Below, piece by piece: positions 1 to 9,965 of a stretch of 64,000 nt of DNA. A program made the position numbers and the translations under genes. The first letter of the stretch is position 1. Each line of letters starts with the position of its first letter. Source of the DNA: a virus. The stretch spans positions 6,859-70,858 of the IMG/VR virus record IMGVR_UViG_3300028835_001449, one strand, 5' to 3'. The notes under the pieces were generated by a model. It had not been told where the DNA came from. It did no database searches and saw nothing but the letters and a program-made list of their open reading frames with translations.

Positions 1-160
1 GAACGAATTGTCTCTCCGCTTCCGGCACGTCTTCATTGATGAGTGCCCAAATGAAGGGCGTTCCGTTCTGCATCTGAAAAGACAGCACTGTCGCTCCCTG
101 GGGCATGCGGATGCTTGAGACGTCTCCCATGGGCACTTCGTACTTGTAAATCGTTTTCAT
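1..160 (-). CDS. Small hypothetical phage protein, truncated at window edge (MKTIYKYEVPMGDVSSIRMPQGATVLS...)
   Basis: Manually translated; ATG at 160 preceded by AGGAGG; frame open to position 1. Confidence 0.7.
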   Translation of the reverse strand, partial: MKTIYKYEVPMGDVSSIRMPQGATVLSFQMQNGTPFIWALINEDVPEAERQFV

Positions 161-182
161 TTTTTCCTCCTATTCTTTCCTC

Positions 183-210
183 TATATTGTCATTGGCCCG
201 ATTCTTTCAC
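183..210 (-). promoter_or_regulatory. Phage promoter class A (GTGAAA-N11-ATGACAATATA)
   Basis: Same bipartite motif with identical 11-nt spacing at 60734-60761 and 61680-61707; each copy lies just upstream of an RBS and start codon. Confidence 0.7.
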
Positions 211-1016
211 GTGAAGTCCATCTCTCCTTTTTCTCTGCGTCTGCCCTCCTTCATATACGTACCATAATCAGAAGCTTGCGGACGCTTCACATACGTTGGA
301 ACAAACGGATGCAACCGCTTCTGAACAGCCAAAGCCTCTGTCATTGCATCTCTATCGAACGCTATTACAACCTTTTCGGGTTTCAAAGCCATAACTGCTC
401 GAAGCTGGATTGCTGATGGGATTTTACCGTAAACGCAGATACCATTCGTGACGATAGCATCAAATATACCCTCTGTAATCCACACGACTTTCTCTTCCTG
501 TTCCTCTACCGATTCCAAGCCCCATAAGCACTGGCTCTTAGTAAGAATCGTATCACCTCTTCGGGGGAATAACCACGACGGACTCTTCATAATAACTGCA
601 CGTCCTGACCAGAAATAATTGACACCGGTTGGATGAGGGAAAATTGCACGATTGGAGAGTTCATAACACAAATGCACGTCTGCTTCCTTGATTTCCTCCT
701 CTGTCATTCCCCTATTCATTAAATATGTCCAAGCTTTCTGAGCCAGAATTGATTTTGCATAAATTAGCTTTATAAACGTCCGTGTTCTACCGGGTTGTTC
801 TGTTCGAGGAAAAGTTTCGGCAAACCCTATTCTAACTGATAGCTCTGGGAACCTGCCTAATAAATACGAAACTCTACCTGAATGTCCGCAAAGCCAACAC
901 TGAAACACCCCTTTCTCTGCGTTTACATATAAATGATTGTGCCCCTTGTTTCTATCATCGCAGTTCGGGAATGGACATGTGAGAATAATCTCTCCCGTCA
1001 TTAAAAAGCATCCCAA
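207..1016 (-). CDS. DNA primase (zinc-binding domain + TOPRIM)
   Basis: N-terminal CPFPNC...H...CWLC zinc finger; TOPRIM motifs ITEGIFDA and FDRDA. Confidence 0.85.
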   Translation of the reverse strand: MGCFLMTGEIILTCPFPNCDDRNKGHNHLYVNAEKGVFQCWLCGHSGRVSYLLGRFPELSVRIGFAETFPRTEQPGRTRTFIKLIYAKSILAQKAWTYLMNRGMTEEEIKEADVHLCYELSNRAIFPHPTGVNYFWSGRAVIMKSPSWLFPRRGDTILTKSQCLWGLESVEEQEEKVVWITEGIFDAIVTNGICVYGKIPSAIQLRAVMALKPEKVVIAFDRDAMTEALAVQKRLHPFVPTYVKRPQASDYGTYMKEGRRREKGEMDFT

Positions 1017-1267
1017 CTAACCTTGTAGCAGGATGGGCGTCTTTTTCTCCGACCGATAGCTTCGACGACAATGTCCTTTCCCATATCCATTACTTTCTTT
1101 GCTTCTCGCTGACCTGCCCCGACTTTTCTTAATACGTTAAAGACGTTGAGTGTTGACTGAAGTATGACTGTTGCCAACTCATCCTTTTCTTTTCCATTTA
1201 AAATAAGTGGCGGATGAATGAAAGACTGATTCAGAGCATCCATTACCTCATTTTTGACAGGATTCAT
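1001..1267 (-). CDS. Hypothetical protein
   Basis: ORF coupled between sigma-like gene and primase, GGAGG upstream. Confidence 0.6.
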   Translation of the reverse strand: MNPVKNEVMDALNQSFIHPPLILNGKEKDELATVILQSTLNVFNVLRKVGAGQREAKKVMDMGKDIVVEAIGRRKRRPSCYKVSWDAF

Positions 1268-1820
1268 ATTTCCCTCCTAATTCTTTTTCCCATGTTTTTC
1301 GAATCTGTTCAGGAGCTGCGTATACTCTCCGCTTAATGTTCTTAATCTTAAGCAGCCGAAGCTCTAACCAAACAGCTTTGAGTGTTTCCCCCCTGAGTAA
1401 CCCTTGCTGAACCCGACGTTCAACTCGACTCAATTGCTTATATACCCTTTCGGCTATCATTTTCAAATCTTTATGAACTTCCTCATCCTTCCAGTTTCTC
1501 TGAATGGGGATTAACTCCTCCTTTAATTCTAGTCCAATTCCACCACCACGCTTCTGTTTATAACCCCACCAATATGCTGAGTTCATGGGAACGTGCAACG
1601 GACTTGTATTCTTACACTTATACTGCAGGAGTCTGCGTTTAGCGATTGTAAAAATCGTTGCCTCAGTCATCCTTGTTTTAGCTTTTTGCATGGCTTCCAT
1701 AACCCCAAGATAGGCTTCATTTATAAGTTCATCCCTAAACTGTTGTGAGATAGGGTCATACATTTGTTTTGAGGCCACGATTTGAATAATGATCATGATA
1801 CGCTTTTTTGGAATGCTCAT
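1248..1820 (-). CDS. Sigma-70-family-like phage transcription factor
   Basis: Region-2-like DELINEAYLGVMEA...FTIAKRRLLQY and region-4-like LSRVERRV...GETLKAV; GGAGG RBS. Confidence 0.6.
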   Translation of the reverse strand: MSIPKKRIMIIIQIVASKQMYDPISQQFRDELINEAYLGVMEAMQKAKTRMTEATIFTIAKRRLLQYKCKNTSPLHVPMNSAYWWGYKQKRGGGIGLELKEELIPIQRNWKDEEVHKDLKMIAERVYKQLSRVERRVQQGLLRGETLKAVWLELRLLKIKNIKRRVYAAPEQIRKTWEKELGGKYESCQK

Positions 1821-1888
1821 CTTGTTAACCTCCCAATGAGGACTTAAATTTTTCTTCCTATCTATATTTTATTTTTTTTACAGTTTTG

Positions 1889-2173
1889 TCAAGTTTTATT
1901 TTTAAATTTTTTTTTACGACAGCCTACTCGAGTAGGATAACGAGTAAATGACCCTGTCTTCGGGTTAAGACTCCATATCACACGCTTCCTCGTCGCCGTA
2001 CAATTTAAGTATTCATTCAAGCGTCTTACCATCTCCCTATCCGCTTTTTCCGAAAACTCCATAGCCTTCTTATACATCCGAGCGGGAATACCGACCTCCA
2101 AATGGAGTGCGGTCAATCCCGCAAGGATTATCCTACACATTTCGCTATAACCGTTCTCGGTTATTGTTACCAT
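1889..2173 (-). CDS. Hypothetical protein
   Basis: Co-oriented ORF with RBS. Confidence 0.5.
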   Translation of the reverse strand: MVTITENGYSEMCRIILAGLTALHLEVGIPARMYKKAMEFSEKADREMVRRLNEYLNCTATRKRVIWSLNPKTGSFTRYPTRVGCRKKKFKNKT

Positions 2174-2368
2174 TTAAAATGACTTCCTTTGGCAATGTGT
2201 TTTACAGTTAAATGTTCTTAACACGGCTCCGGTTTTACCATCCCGTTCGATTCCGGAATACTGAGACAAGCACCCGATACAATGCTTATACGTCGCTTTC
2301 TTGGCTGGCAGTCGTCCCCTACGCTTCTTTGCCATCGACCTTCCCACACTCTTTGCATTTCATTTGTC

Positions 2369-2686
2369 TCATCTCAATATCTCCTTCATATTTTTATTCA
2401 GAGTAAGCAGTATGCTGGGCATCACTTTCATAGCTCTATGCTTCACATACTTGATGAATCCATCTGGTTTAAATCTTCCCTTTCCATCCAGTCTACAAAG
2501 AGCATTCCACTTCTGATTCAACTCTCGCAATATGCTTACTACTGCTCCTTCTGTGGTAGCATGTCTTACCACGATCATGTCTTTGATCTCACCAATGAAC
2601 ATATTTACCAAATTTGTTGTTGCTTGCATATCTCCAACCTCTTGAAAATCTTTCTCGAACTTTTCTAAATATTCTTCGGCTTTCAT
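2369..2686 (-). CDS. Hypothetical protein
   Basis: ORF with AGGAGG RBS. Confidence 0.65.
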   Translation of the reverse strand: MKAEEYLEKFEKDFQEVGDMQATTNLVNMFIGEIKDMIVVRHATTEGAVVSILRELNQKWNALCRLDGKGRFKPDGFIKYVKHRAMKVMPSILLTLNKNMKEILR

Positions 2687-2696
2687 TCTTGCCTCC

Positions 2697-3143
2697 TTAA
2701 CTGATTTTGTATGTGACTCTTTGAAGTCCTAACTGCCTTATCGTTTGGCGAGCTTTCTTATCAGCTTCGAGTTTCGTATCTACATCCACACCGAACTCTG
2801 CCACTTTGTGACCGATAGAAGAAGTAACGACGACATTGAACTTGATTCTTCTGCCCACATTCGTTTTTGGCTTGCTCGGCCTCAGAAGCGATTTTATGCA
2901 GTTGCTCGGAAGCTTTTCCGCAGGTTTGATTTCCTCAATACGATCAGGCGGGTAGAAATCATGGCCAACTGCCTTGATTAATCGCTCGTGCAATATATCT
3001 TCAATCCAGAGAATCTCCCTTGCGTCGGTAACCGGGATATCATTTGCATCCAGCGTTTCGCCCCTTTCCAATATACGGCAATACCGTATGTTCAATTCCT
3101 CGGTCGAGAGTAATTTAATTTCCTTTTTTAATAATTTGTTCAT
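2697..3143 (-). CDS. Hypothetical protein
   Basis: ORF with GGAG RBS, coupled to upstream gene. Confidence 0.6.
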   Translation of the reverse strand: MNKLLKKEIKLLSTEELNIRYCRILERGETLDANDIPVTDAREILWIEDILHERLIKAVGHDFYPPDRIEEIKPAEKLPSNCIKSLLRPSKPKTNVGRRIKFNVVVTSSIGHKVAEFGVDVDTKLEADKKARQTIRQLGLQRVTYKIS

Positions 3144-3352
3144 TTGCTTTCTCCTGCGTAAAAAATACCGAGCCTTCCTAGCCTGTGTCGTAGTTCCTTA
3201 GCTATGTTCGAAGCTTCCCGAATATCAGCCATAGGCACACCTGCATCCTGTGGCCTACGTGCGCTCTCTGCATGCAGGCAATTCATTCTAAAGACCAACT
3301 CCAGCGCGGTAGCTTTACGTATTTGTTTTTTTGTTAAAATTTTTCTTTTCAT
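3140..3352 (-). CDS. Hypothetical protein
   Basis: ORF with AAGGAG RBS and 4-nt overlap with next gene. Confidence 0.55.
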   Translation of the reverse strand: MKRKILTKKQIRKATALELVFRMNCLHAESARRPQDAGVPMADIREASNIAKELRHRLGRLGIFYAGESK

Positions 3353-3511
3353 ATTCGTCTCCTTATTTAAAGTATTGCTTTCGCCTTTTTTTCTCTTGGC
3401 GACGCCTGACCTTAGTGCGCTCTTTCAGCCCCAGCTTCAACAACTGGAGCTCCTGAGGGGTAATGGTAACCATCATTGTTTCATCTTTTTCTTTTTTCAT
3501 GTTGCCACCTT

Positions 3512-4087
3512 TTAGTGAATTATAAACACTGGCCGGGATCCTGTTACACAGTAATTACAATCCTGGCCGCAAGTTACATCCTTTCCCTTGGTTGCCGGGC
3601 ATGGGAAAGCTTTGTTATTCTTAACTAATTTCTTACAATAATCAGTTGGTCCATAGTTTAGATATCCATCAATAAAAGATTCTATTAGATTGAAGTTTTT
3701 AAGCTTGTTTATTTTATTAAAGTTTAGAATATTGTTTACCTTGGTATAGGCATAAAACTTTTTATCCGGGAAAAGAAGTATTATCCTTTCCCATAGATCA
3801 ATATACTCTTGACTAAAGAAATCCCCGCTGCTGTGGATTCTGATTATATTCTTTTTAGTGCCCTTCAATTGTAGGACTAACAAATCAAATAAATACTCTG
3901 GATCATTCCGGGCAATGCTAAGGTTATAATCCCAGGATATCTTTACATTAGGATATTGCCTATAAGCTTTCCTCGCGTAACAAGTCTTGTAGCATTCTTT
4001 ACAATTTAAGCAAGATTTACCGGGCGGCAAATTAAAGATTAATATATCTCTTGAGAGTTTTTTGTTCCCGGCTTGTAATGGTTTCAT
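3512..4087 (-). CDS. Gp88-like (radical-SAM-related, Cys-rich) phage protein
   Basis: CLNCKECYKTCYA, IRIHSSGDF, FYAYTK and C-terminal CP..C..C..C motifs; likely start at 4087 via ATGA overlap; AT-rich. Confidence 0.65.
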   Translation of the reverse strand: MKPLQAGNKKLSRDILIFNLPPGKSCLNCKECYKTCYARKAYRQYPNVKISWDYNLSIARNDPEYLFDLLVLQLKGTKKNIIRIHSSGDFFSQEYIDLWERIILLFPDKKFYAYTKVNNILNFNKINKLKNFNLIESFIDGYLNYGPTDYCKKLVKNNKAFPCPATKGKDVTCGQDCNYCVTGSRPVFIIH

Positions 4088-4278
4088 TTTATTTTTAAAA
4101 TCCACTTCCAAATAACCTTATTTGTTCCCCTTATTAAATCTTTTCCCGTATCTACATTATAGATTGCTCTCTGTAATCCAGGGCCAGGAACAAATAAATC
4201 AATATTTCCAAATTCTTTCTTTAATTTATCCTCATGCCTGTCCCAAGTTTCAAAAAGGTCTTTTGTTTGTATTCTCAT
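4084..4278 (-). CDS. Hypothetical protein
   Basis: ORF directly downstream of a sigma70-like promoter. Confidence 0.5.
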   Translation of the reverse strand: MRIQTKDLFETWDRHEDKLKKEFGNIDLFVPGPGLQRAIYNVDTGKDLIRGTNKVIWKWILKIK

Positions 4279-4287
4279 TGCACTATT

Positions 4288-4316
4288 AATATACTGCCTG
4301 ACACCCCTGTAAACAA
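4288..4316 (-). promoter_or_regulatory. Sigma70-like promoter (TTGTTT-N17-TATATT) for the small-gene/early cluster
   Basis: Read on minus strand in the intergenic gap; 17-nt spacer. Confidence 0.45.
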
Positions 4317-4458
4317 TAGCCTTTGGGGGGGAAATTTCTCTAGTCCCAAAAGGCTATGCGTACTAACCCCCCTCTCACCCTTTCACTCTTCCTGATGGTC
4401 CCACTTTACCCCTAATTTTAAAATAAGGTTATTTTAGAGTTAAGGCGATTGGCAGTTA

Positions 4459-5016
4459 TTACACGCCTAAATACGTGAGGATTCCGTTGCCCACAGCTTG
4501 CGTCAGGACAGCCTGATGAGGAAGCAAGGCCAGCCACTTCGCTTCTTCGTAGTCAGAGATAAACCCCATCTCGACCAAGATTGCAGGCATGTTCGTGTTT
4601 CTAAGAACATAATACTTACCCTGTTTAATACCTCGATCCCATACGACTATTTCGCGACCAACATCCTTAAGCAACGAGTACTGAACGGCATGGGCGAGCC
4701 TCTCACCTTTCCTTGAAGTATGATAGTGATATGTCTCAATCTCAATGCCGTACTTGCCACGCATCTCACGAGCATTGCAGTGAAGGCTGACGAAGTAATC
4801 TGCCGGCCAGTCGTTTGCAACCTTGCATCTGTCTTTGAGAGAGACAGCTATGTCCTTCGTCCGGGTCAACTGAATGTTCTGATTACGAGCCTTCAGATAT
4901 CGACCCAAGCACAGACCGATAGTGAGGACGACGTCCTTCTCTTTCAAATTGACCCGAAGATTGACAGCGCCGGCCGCCGTGCCACCGTGGCCGGGATCGA
5001 GGATTATTCTCGACAT
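4459..5016 (-). CDS. N-acetylmuramoyl-L-alanine amidase (Amidase_3; endolysin)
   Basis: ILDPGHGG, EKD, SLKDR, FVSLHCNA, YVLRNTNMPAILVEMGFIS zinc-amidase motifs. Confidence 0.92.
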   Translation of the reverse strand: MSRIILDPGHGGTAAGAVNLRVNLKEKDVVLTIGLCLGRYLKARNQNIQLTRTKDIAVSLKDRCKVANDWPADYFVSLHCNAREMRGKYGIEIETYHYHTSRKGERLAHAVQYSLLKDVGREIVVWDRGIKQGKYYVLRNTNMPAILVEMGFISDYEEAKWLALLPHQAVLTQAVGNGILTYLGV

Positions 5017-5018
5017 TG

Positions 5019-5393
5019 TTAAGGAGTGTCGTATAGATAACCGAAAACATCGATTGTCGCAGTTCTGGCTTCGCCTTCATCCGTCTCAACATCGATTTTG
5101 AATATTTCGGCTCCAACTCCTCTAACAGCATCGTCATTTGCTGGAATGACAATATAATTCTCTGTGGCAGTTAAAGCATATATTTGTGGAGTGCCAATAA
5201 CATCGAGTGCAAGAGCATCAAACCCAAAAGTCAGTTCTGCTGTAGCAACCGCTCCATCGGGTTCTCGCATCACAACCCTTGTTATAATACAATTCTTTCC
5301 CGCGGGAACAACAAACAAATTTGATACGGCTGGAACTTCCAAATCAACAACGACCGAAGCCAATAGGGTTTCTGTTTTTGTTCTTAAGTCCAA
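5019..5393 (-). CDS. Putative tail-associated structural protein (beta-rich)
   Basis: End of tail operon; acidic beta-strand-rich composition. Confidence 0.5.
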   Translation of the reverse strand: MDLRTKTETLLASVVVDLEVPAVSNLFVVPAGKNCIITRVVMREPDGAVATAELTFGFDALALDVIGTPQIYALTATENYIVIPANDDAVRGVGAEIFKIDVETDEGEARTATIDVFGYLYDTP

Positions 5394-5402
5394 TTTTTCC
5401 TC

Positions 5403-5687
5403 CTATACTACAGACATGGTTACGGGTTCATTGTCAAAACACACTATTTCATTGTCCATGCAAACCATAACCTCCGCCTGCAAAATTTCAAAGAATACCG
5501 TGGAACCTCCTACCGATACAGCGTGATAACGCCTATTATCCTGAGAGTCCGAAAGAACCATACCCGGAACGGCACCAGATACTGCAACTTTCGGACCGGC
5601 CTGACGGAATGCATTTTTCACTCGATTAAACTGAGGAAACGGAACGTAAGTTCCAGATACGAGATCATCACCCTGTTCTAATGTCAT
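5403..5687 (-). CDS. Putative tail-associated protein
   Basis: Position in tail operon, GGAGG RBS. Confidence 0.5.
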   Translation of the reverse strand: MTLEQGDDLVSGTYVPFPQFNRVKNAFRQAGPKVAVSGAVPGMVLSDSQDNRRYHAVSVGGSTVFFEILQAEVMVCMDNEIVCFDNEPVTMSVV

Positions 5688-5708
5688 TGTTACCTCCTAT
5701 TCTCCAAA

Positions 5709-8441
5709 TTACTCGGGACCTGCAATCTTCCCGTCCTCACCATCTGCGAATTTGCTGGTGGCTTCATCACAGGCATAAGCAAACATGCGATCGGATTCGG
5801 TTGCGACAGACCAATTAGTAGCAATGCCGTCCTCCTCATCACCAGCAATGATATACTGCCGGAGCATGTACTGCAAGTCAACAGCCACAACTTTAATCCT
5901 GCCGTTAGAAAAATTATATGATAGCGACTCAATGTAATAATATCGCGCTCTTTCTCCCGTTTTTGACGTGCTTATTCCCCACGGGTCCTGAAACTTGAAA
6001 GTTGTGTGCAGATCAAGCATGGGAATCCATTGTAACGGAAGATCGAACTCTATCTTCTTATTTCCGTAAGCACGCCTGTAAAGCTCCTCTTGAACCCTTC
6101 GATCTACGAGACTCTCCGATGTCGTCCATGAAAAGACCCACCTCTGTCTCGGCTCAAGTCTCGCTCCCAAGTCATCAATACTGCGCTGGTGTTTTACTTC
6201 CTTTGCTCCCAATGACCATCGTGCAGTTGGAAAATAATCCCATTCAACTCTGGCAAAGTTCACAGCTTGAGGAAGATTCATGGATCGAATTGCAGGACCA
6301 GCCAGATCGATTTGAGAAAAAACGACCAGATTGGAGGCATAGTTGGTGATGTCCATCCTCTCACCCCTAATCCGCCCGTCCAAAGCAGGAAACGTCTTCG
6401 TACCGAATGAAAAAGGCAACCCCTGCATGGCAGCATCAACGTCCATCTCGTCCTCCAGAATGAACTTTCCTGCCGTCTCTTCTCCCATGTCCTCAAAAAG
6501 GGTTGCTAAATCCTCAAACGTCTTCAAATTCATGCGTTCGAGAGGAACCTCGGCGATGAATGCTAGAAAGTAAGCTAAGATATACGCGGGATTCTGGATG
6601 TAGCCGTTCGATGAATTCCAACCCGGCTGCATATATCCCTCGGCGTTGAATGTGATTTTATTCTCTAACTGATTGCTGACAAAATCGATGAACGTGTGAC
6701 CGTTGTCATACGCTATCACCCAGTCAGTACCTTTCGTTTTCAGGACACCGTCCGAGTAGACATGAGTAATATCGTGCAAAATCCCTCGAGAGGCAAGATA
6801 CTTATAACTGCCTGTATCCACATAGACAGCCTCAATCGCCCCTTTCATTTCGCCCGTTGTGTTCGTACACAGCCCAAGTATCTCGGGCATCGGTTTTCCA
6901 ATCGCTGACTCGTGTATGTGTTCAAACTCCTCTTCCGTACAGATGTCTTTCGGCACCTTCGACGAGAAGAATTTCTGAGTGACGTCCTTCAATGAAACCT
7001 CAATTTTAGGTCCTTTCAGCGTGTAGTCATGGATATACAGCTTTGCCAGAGACATCTTCCACCCTTCCGGTCGACCGGGGAAGGCAAGATGAACTTCCAC
7101 CGGCTGATTCCTCCAGATGGGATAATCAGCAAGAATCTTCGAGAACCCCATATCGCTGTTGTCGAGCGTAAGAGTTAAATCGGAGACAGAGAACATGCCC
7201 GTAAAGTCGTCTATAGCCCTTGTCAGTCCTCCCATCTGAGTAATCAGCCCCTCATAGAAAGCACTCGGTGCTCTTATATCGACGACAGAAAAGTGCTTCG
7301 TTAACTCATTTCCCAGCTTATCTGCGAACGTCCAAATGCTCAGTGGAAGAGGTTGTTCCTCGGCCCTGAAGTCGGCTGCCTCGACATACGGACCTATATA
7401 GAACGTGAACTGTTTTGCCTCATAGCATCTGCCCTCATCATCACAACGGAAATCACCTGCGTAAGATGTTGCACTGTAGGCGGCAGCGCCTTTTCTAAGT
7501 CTGATCTTGTACGAACCGGGAGTGAGCCCAAGAGCCGCCAGTTTTGCCTTCGGAATCGTAATTTTTGTATCACTGTTAATTATAAAATCATTCGCAGGGG
7601 CCGCCTCAGTTAGCGTGAAAGTGCCCTGCCCCATCAGACCAATGAAGTCGATATACCAGACCCATGATTTCCAGTTATCCGAACTCCATCCTTGATCATT
7701 TATCTCGGCATTGCTTTGGTTAAAGCCCAATCCGTATAGAATAAGTTCAACTCCGTCAACATCACACCACCAAGTTGACATATCGGAGACAACAGCGTTG
7801 AAATACTGAACCCTTATAGACGTGGGCGTCATTCCATAATAAATCTTCTCACCTACCTCGAGCCCTGGGTCCATATTCTCCACAGCAAAATAAAACCCAT
7901 TCTTAAAAAGACTGTCCTGATAGACCGGGACCAATTTTCCCGCTTCATTCTCAACCCCAAAAACAGAGGTCATGCTCAATGGAAGGAGAGCGTGAGTAAT
8001 CTCATCTATGTTCGAGGAGTGTGCCGAGTTCGGAGGGTGCGTATCCCATTGATTCACCCCATCATAGAATCTCCCACTCGCCTTGTCCTTGTCCCACACC
8101 TTTGACGGGTCGGCTGGATCGTCAAGTATCCAAGGATACAGGTCGGAGTGGTCTATCGGGGGGTCCGCAACCTCCGCAATCCTAAATATAGTAACATCTG
8201 TCTCTGCCCTACAAGCTTGGTCCATACTCGTCATGAGTTTGAACTTATCATCCAATCGTCCTCTAAATATCGCATGGTGTTTTATCTTTCGCTCGGGCGT
8301 CTGTCTAATGTAATCCCATCCCACCCTGCAAGTGTACCAATGCGTGGTTGTCCACTTGGAAGGAGCGTTGTACGGCTGTGCTCCATCAGCTTCGAGCGTA
8401 GCCTGATAAAATCTGTTCCACTCACGAAAAGGTAGAGTCAT
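5709..8441 (-). CDS. Large tail tip / hub-like protein (910 aa)
   Basis: Size and position downstream of tape measure and distal tail genes; Ig-like segment in the N-terminal half. Confidence 0.6.
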   Translation of the reverse strand: MTLPFREWNRFYQATLEADGAQPYNAPSKWTTTHWYTCRVGWDYIRQTPERKIKHHAIFRGRLDDKFKLMTSMDQACRAETDVTIFRIAEVADPPIDHSDLYPWILDDPADPSKVWDKDKASGRFYDGVNQWDTHPPNSAHSSNIDEITHALLPLSMTSVFGVENEAGKLVPVYQDSLFKNGFYFAVENMDPGLEVGEKIYYGMTPTSIRVQYFNAVVSDMSTWWCDVDGVELILYGLGFNQSNAEINDQGWSSDNWKSWVWYIDFIGLMGQGTFTLTEAAPANDFIINSDTKITIPKAKLAALGLTPGSYKIRLRKGAAAYSATSYAGDFRCDDEGRCYEAKQFTFYIGPYVEAADFRAEEQPLPLSIWTFADKLGNELTKHFSVVDIRAPSAFYEGLITQMGGLTRAIDDFTGMFSVSDLTLTLDNSDMGFSKILADYPIWRNQPVEVHLAFPGRPEGWKMSLAKLYIHDYTLKGPKIEVSLKDVTQKFFSSKVPKDICTEEEFEHIHESAIGKPMPEILGLCTNTTGEMKGAIEAVYVDTGSYKYLASRGILHDITHVYSDGVLKTKGTDWVIAYDNGHTFIDFVSNQLENKITFNAEGYMQPGWNSSNGYIQNPAYILAYFLAFIAEVPLERMNLKTFEDLATLFEDMGEETAGKFILEDEMDVDAAMQGLPFSFGTKTFPALDGRIRGERMDITNYASNLVVFSQIDLAGPAIRSMNLPQAVNFARVEWDYFPTARWSLGAKEVKHQRSIDDLGARLEPRQRWVFSWTTSESLVDRRVQEELYRRAYGNKKIEFDLPLQWIPMLDLHTTFKFQDPWGISTSKTGERARYYYIESLSYNFSNGRIKVVAVDLQYMLRQYIIAGDEEDGIATNWSVATESDRMFAYACDEATSKFADGEDGKIAGPE

Positions 8442-8465
8442 GCGATACTCCTAAAGTTGATAACA

Positions 8466-8729
8466 TTATGTTCCATCATACAGCTCTATCCAAACGCCTG
8501 CGACTTTCGTATACACTTTAATCTTCCCCCACGCCCCGGCACTTTTGTACCACACAGTATGAATATCTCCCCAACTGTCAGCCACCTTCGTGTGAATTTG
8601 CTGCTCTGGTGGAGGAGCAGCCACGCCTCCGATATGAGCAAAATACCCATACTCACAGTCAGCAGGATTATTCTCGCCCTCATGCCAGAAACTTCCGTAT
8701 TCGCAATCACCTGGACTTTGTCCTGCCAT
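8466..8729 (-). CDS. Small tail fibre-associated protein
   Basis: Repeated VWYKSAGAW / VYTKVAGVW motifs and duplicated DCEYG[SY]F. Confidence 0.55.
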   Translation of the reverse strand: MAGQSPGDCEYGSFWHEGENNPADCEYGYFAHIGGVAAPPPEQQIHTKVADSWGDIHTVWYKSAGAWGKIKVYTKVAGVWIELYDGT

Positions 8730-8735
8730 TTTCCC

Positions 8736-9173
8736 TCACTCGATTGAATCAAAGTAGCACCACCCTTTTTCTCCATCACCGAGCCCAGTCCCGATAATTG
8801 GAATTGGATTCGCCACAACGATTTTGTATATCTTCTTCTCGGCTACGAAAACCAACTGAAGAGCCTCCCAATCCCCAACGCCAGCCGGTGTGTCTGAAGC
8901 CTTAACGCAATTTCCCAGATCAACGACATAGAAGATTGGGTTCGAGCCTGCGAGCGGATATACAAACGCATCAATCGTGGTCTCCTCTGCTAGAGCGGCG
9001 TAGAATATCTCCTTGAACCCTCCCGGACCGACACATAGGCTGTGCGAGCCAGCTTGAACGTAGTCAGTTGAGAGCCATACATTGCTCGACTTCACAATCC
9101 CCTTCGGCCCCTCTCCGGCAATCTGCTGAAGGTCGAAGACATCAGACAAATCGTACCCGGAATAATCAGCCAT
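8736..9173 (-). CDS. Tail fibre/receptor-binding module (carbohydrate-binding-like)
   Basis: Position; GSHSL...W..L...Y.I...YFD pattern reminiscent of jelly-roll domains. Confidence 0.4.
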   Translation of the reverse strand: MADYSGYDLSDVFDLQQIAGEGPKGIVKSSNVWLSTDYVQAGSHSLCVGPGGFKEIFYAALAEETTIDAFVYPLAGSNPIFYVVDLGNCVKASDTPAGVGDWEALQLVFVAEKKIYKIVVANPIPIIGTGLGDGEKGWCYFDSIE

Positions 9174-9956
9174 TTACTGCAACCTCAAAGCTGACCAATA
9201 CTTTGTCGAATACGTGCCCCCGAGTATAAGCCAATCGGCGTCTTCACACGTGATGACCTCGCCGTTTTTGAATCCCTGAGAAAGCGTGTAAAGATGACAA
9301 ACCCCATCAAGATACCCCTGGCATACTTTGTTGGTATAGTCATAAACAACAGTGTCTTCAAAAACATATGTCCCTCTACACGTGCGCGCAAACTTGTATG
9401 TAGAAGAGTATCCCCAGGGGTCAATACGCGCATTGACATTCCCAAGATGATCCCATAGAGTTCGCCAGGGAGCACTCGAAGTGGTGTCGAAGAACCCAAG
9501 AGGGTTATAGAAACTTGACGTGTTATCGCCCCCGCCAATATAGAAAGGCATATTCTTTGTCGTATCAAACCGGATCGGTTGGCCGATGTAGTATCCCATA
9601 GCATTCCACGAACATCCGAGCAACACTCTATGGTCTGATACACACACATGAACGCCATTAACTGAATGAATTCTGAATTTGTCCGCAGTGCCTCCTATGC
9701 TGTCCCCCACTCCCGCATGTCCAACTTCATCCCAGTCTTCCCAAATCTCTAAGATTGAAAAGTCGGCTTGATTGTCATTAACATACACATAAAAATCGAC
9801 ATTGTTCGGGATGTCGTTGCATCTGTATGTCTTTGCGTTTGCGCCAGCGGCGGCGTCAAAAACACTCCACTTCGCATTGCTGACGACAATGCCGTCCCAC
9901 AAATCAGCCAGTCTGTCTCCGGCCGCCAACCCGATTCTCGCAAATTCATATGCCAT
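9174..9956 (-). CDS. Tail protein, paralog of 9966..10784
   Basis: Shared WSV[FY]DA....N.K.YRC.D...VDFY..V.DNQAD...WD.VGH. Confidence 0.6.
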   Translation of the reverse strand: MAYEFARIGLAAGDRLADLWDGIVVSNAKWSVFDAAAGANAKTYRCNDIPNNVDFYVYVNDNQADFSILEIWEDWDEVGHAGVGDSIGGTADKFRIHSVNGVHVCVSDHRVLLGCSWNAMGYYIGQPIRFDTTKNMPFYIGGGDNTSSFYNPLGFFDTTSSAPWRTLWDHLGNVNARIDPWGYSSTYKFARTCRGTYVFEDTVVYDYTNKVCQGYLDGVCHLYTLSQGFKNGEVITCEDADWLILGGTYSTKYWSALRLQ

Positions 9957-9965
9957 TACAGCCTC

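Noticed and set aside
1861-1892. TTGACA upstream of the sigma-like gene as a promoter
   Set aside because: Candidate -10 hexamers lie at 15- or 20-nt spacing; too weak to call
5146-5157. ATGACAATATAA on the plus strand matching the class A core
   Set aside because: Inside a CDS, antisense orientation, and no GTGA element 11 nt upstream; explained by NYIVIP codons
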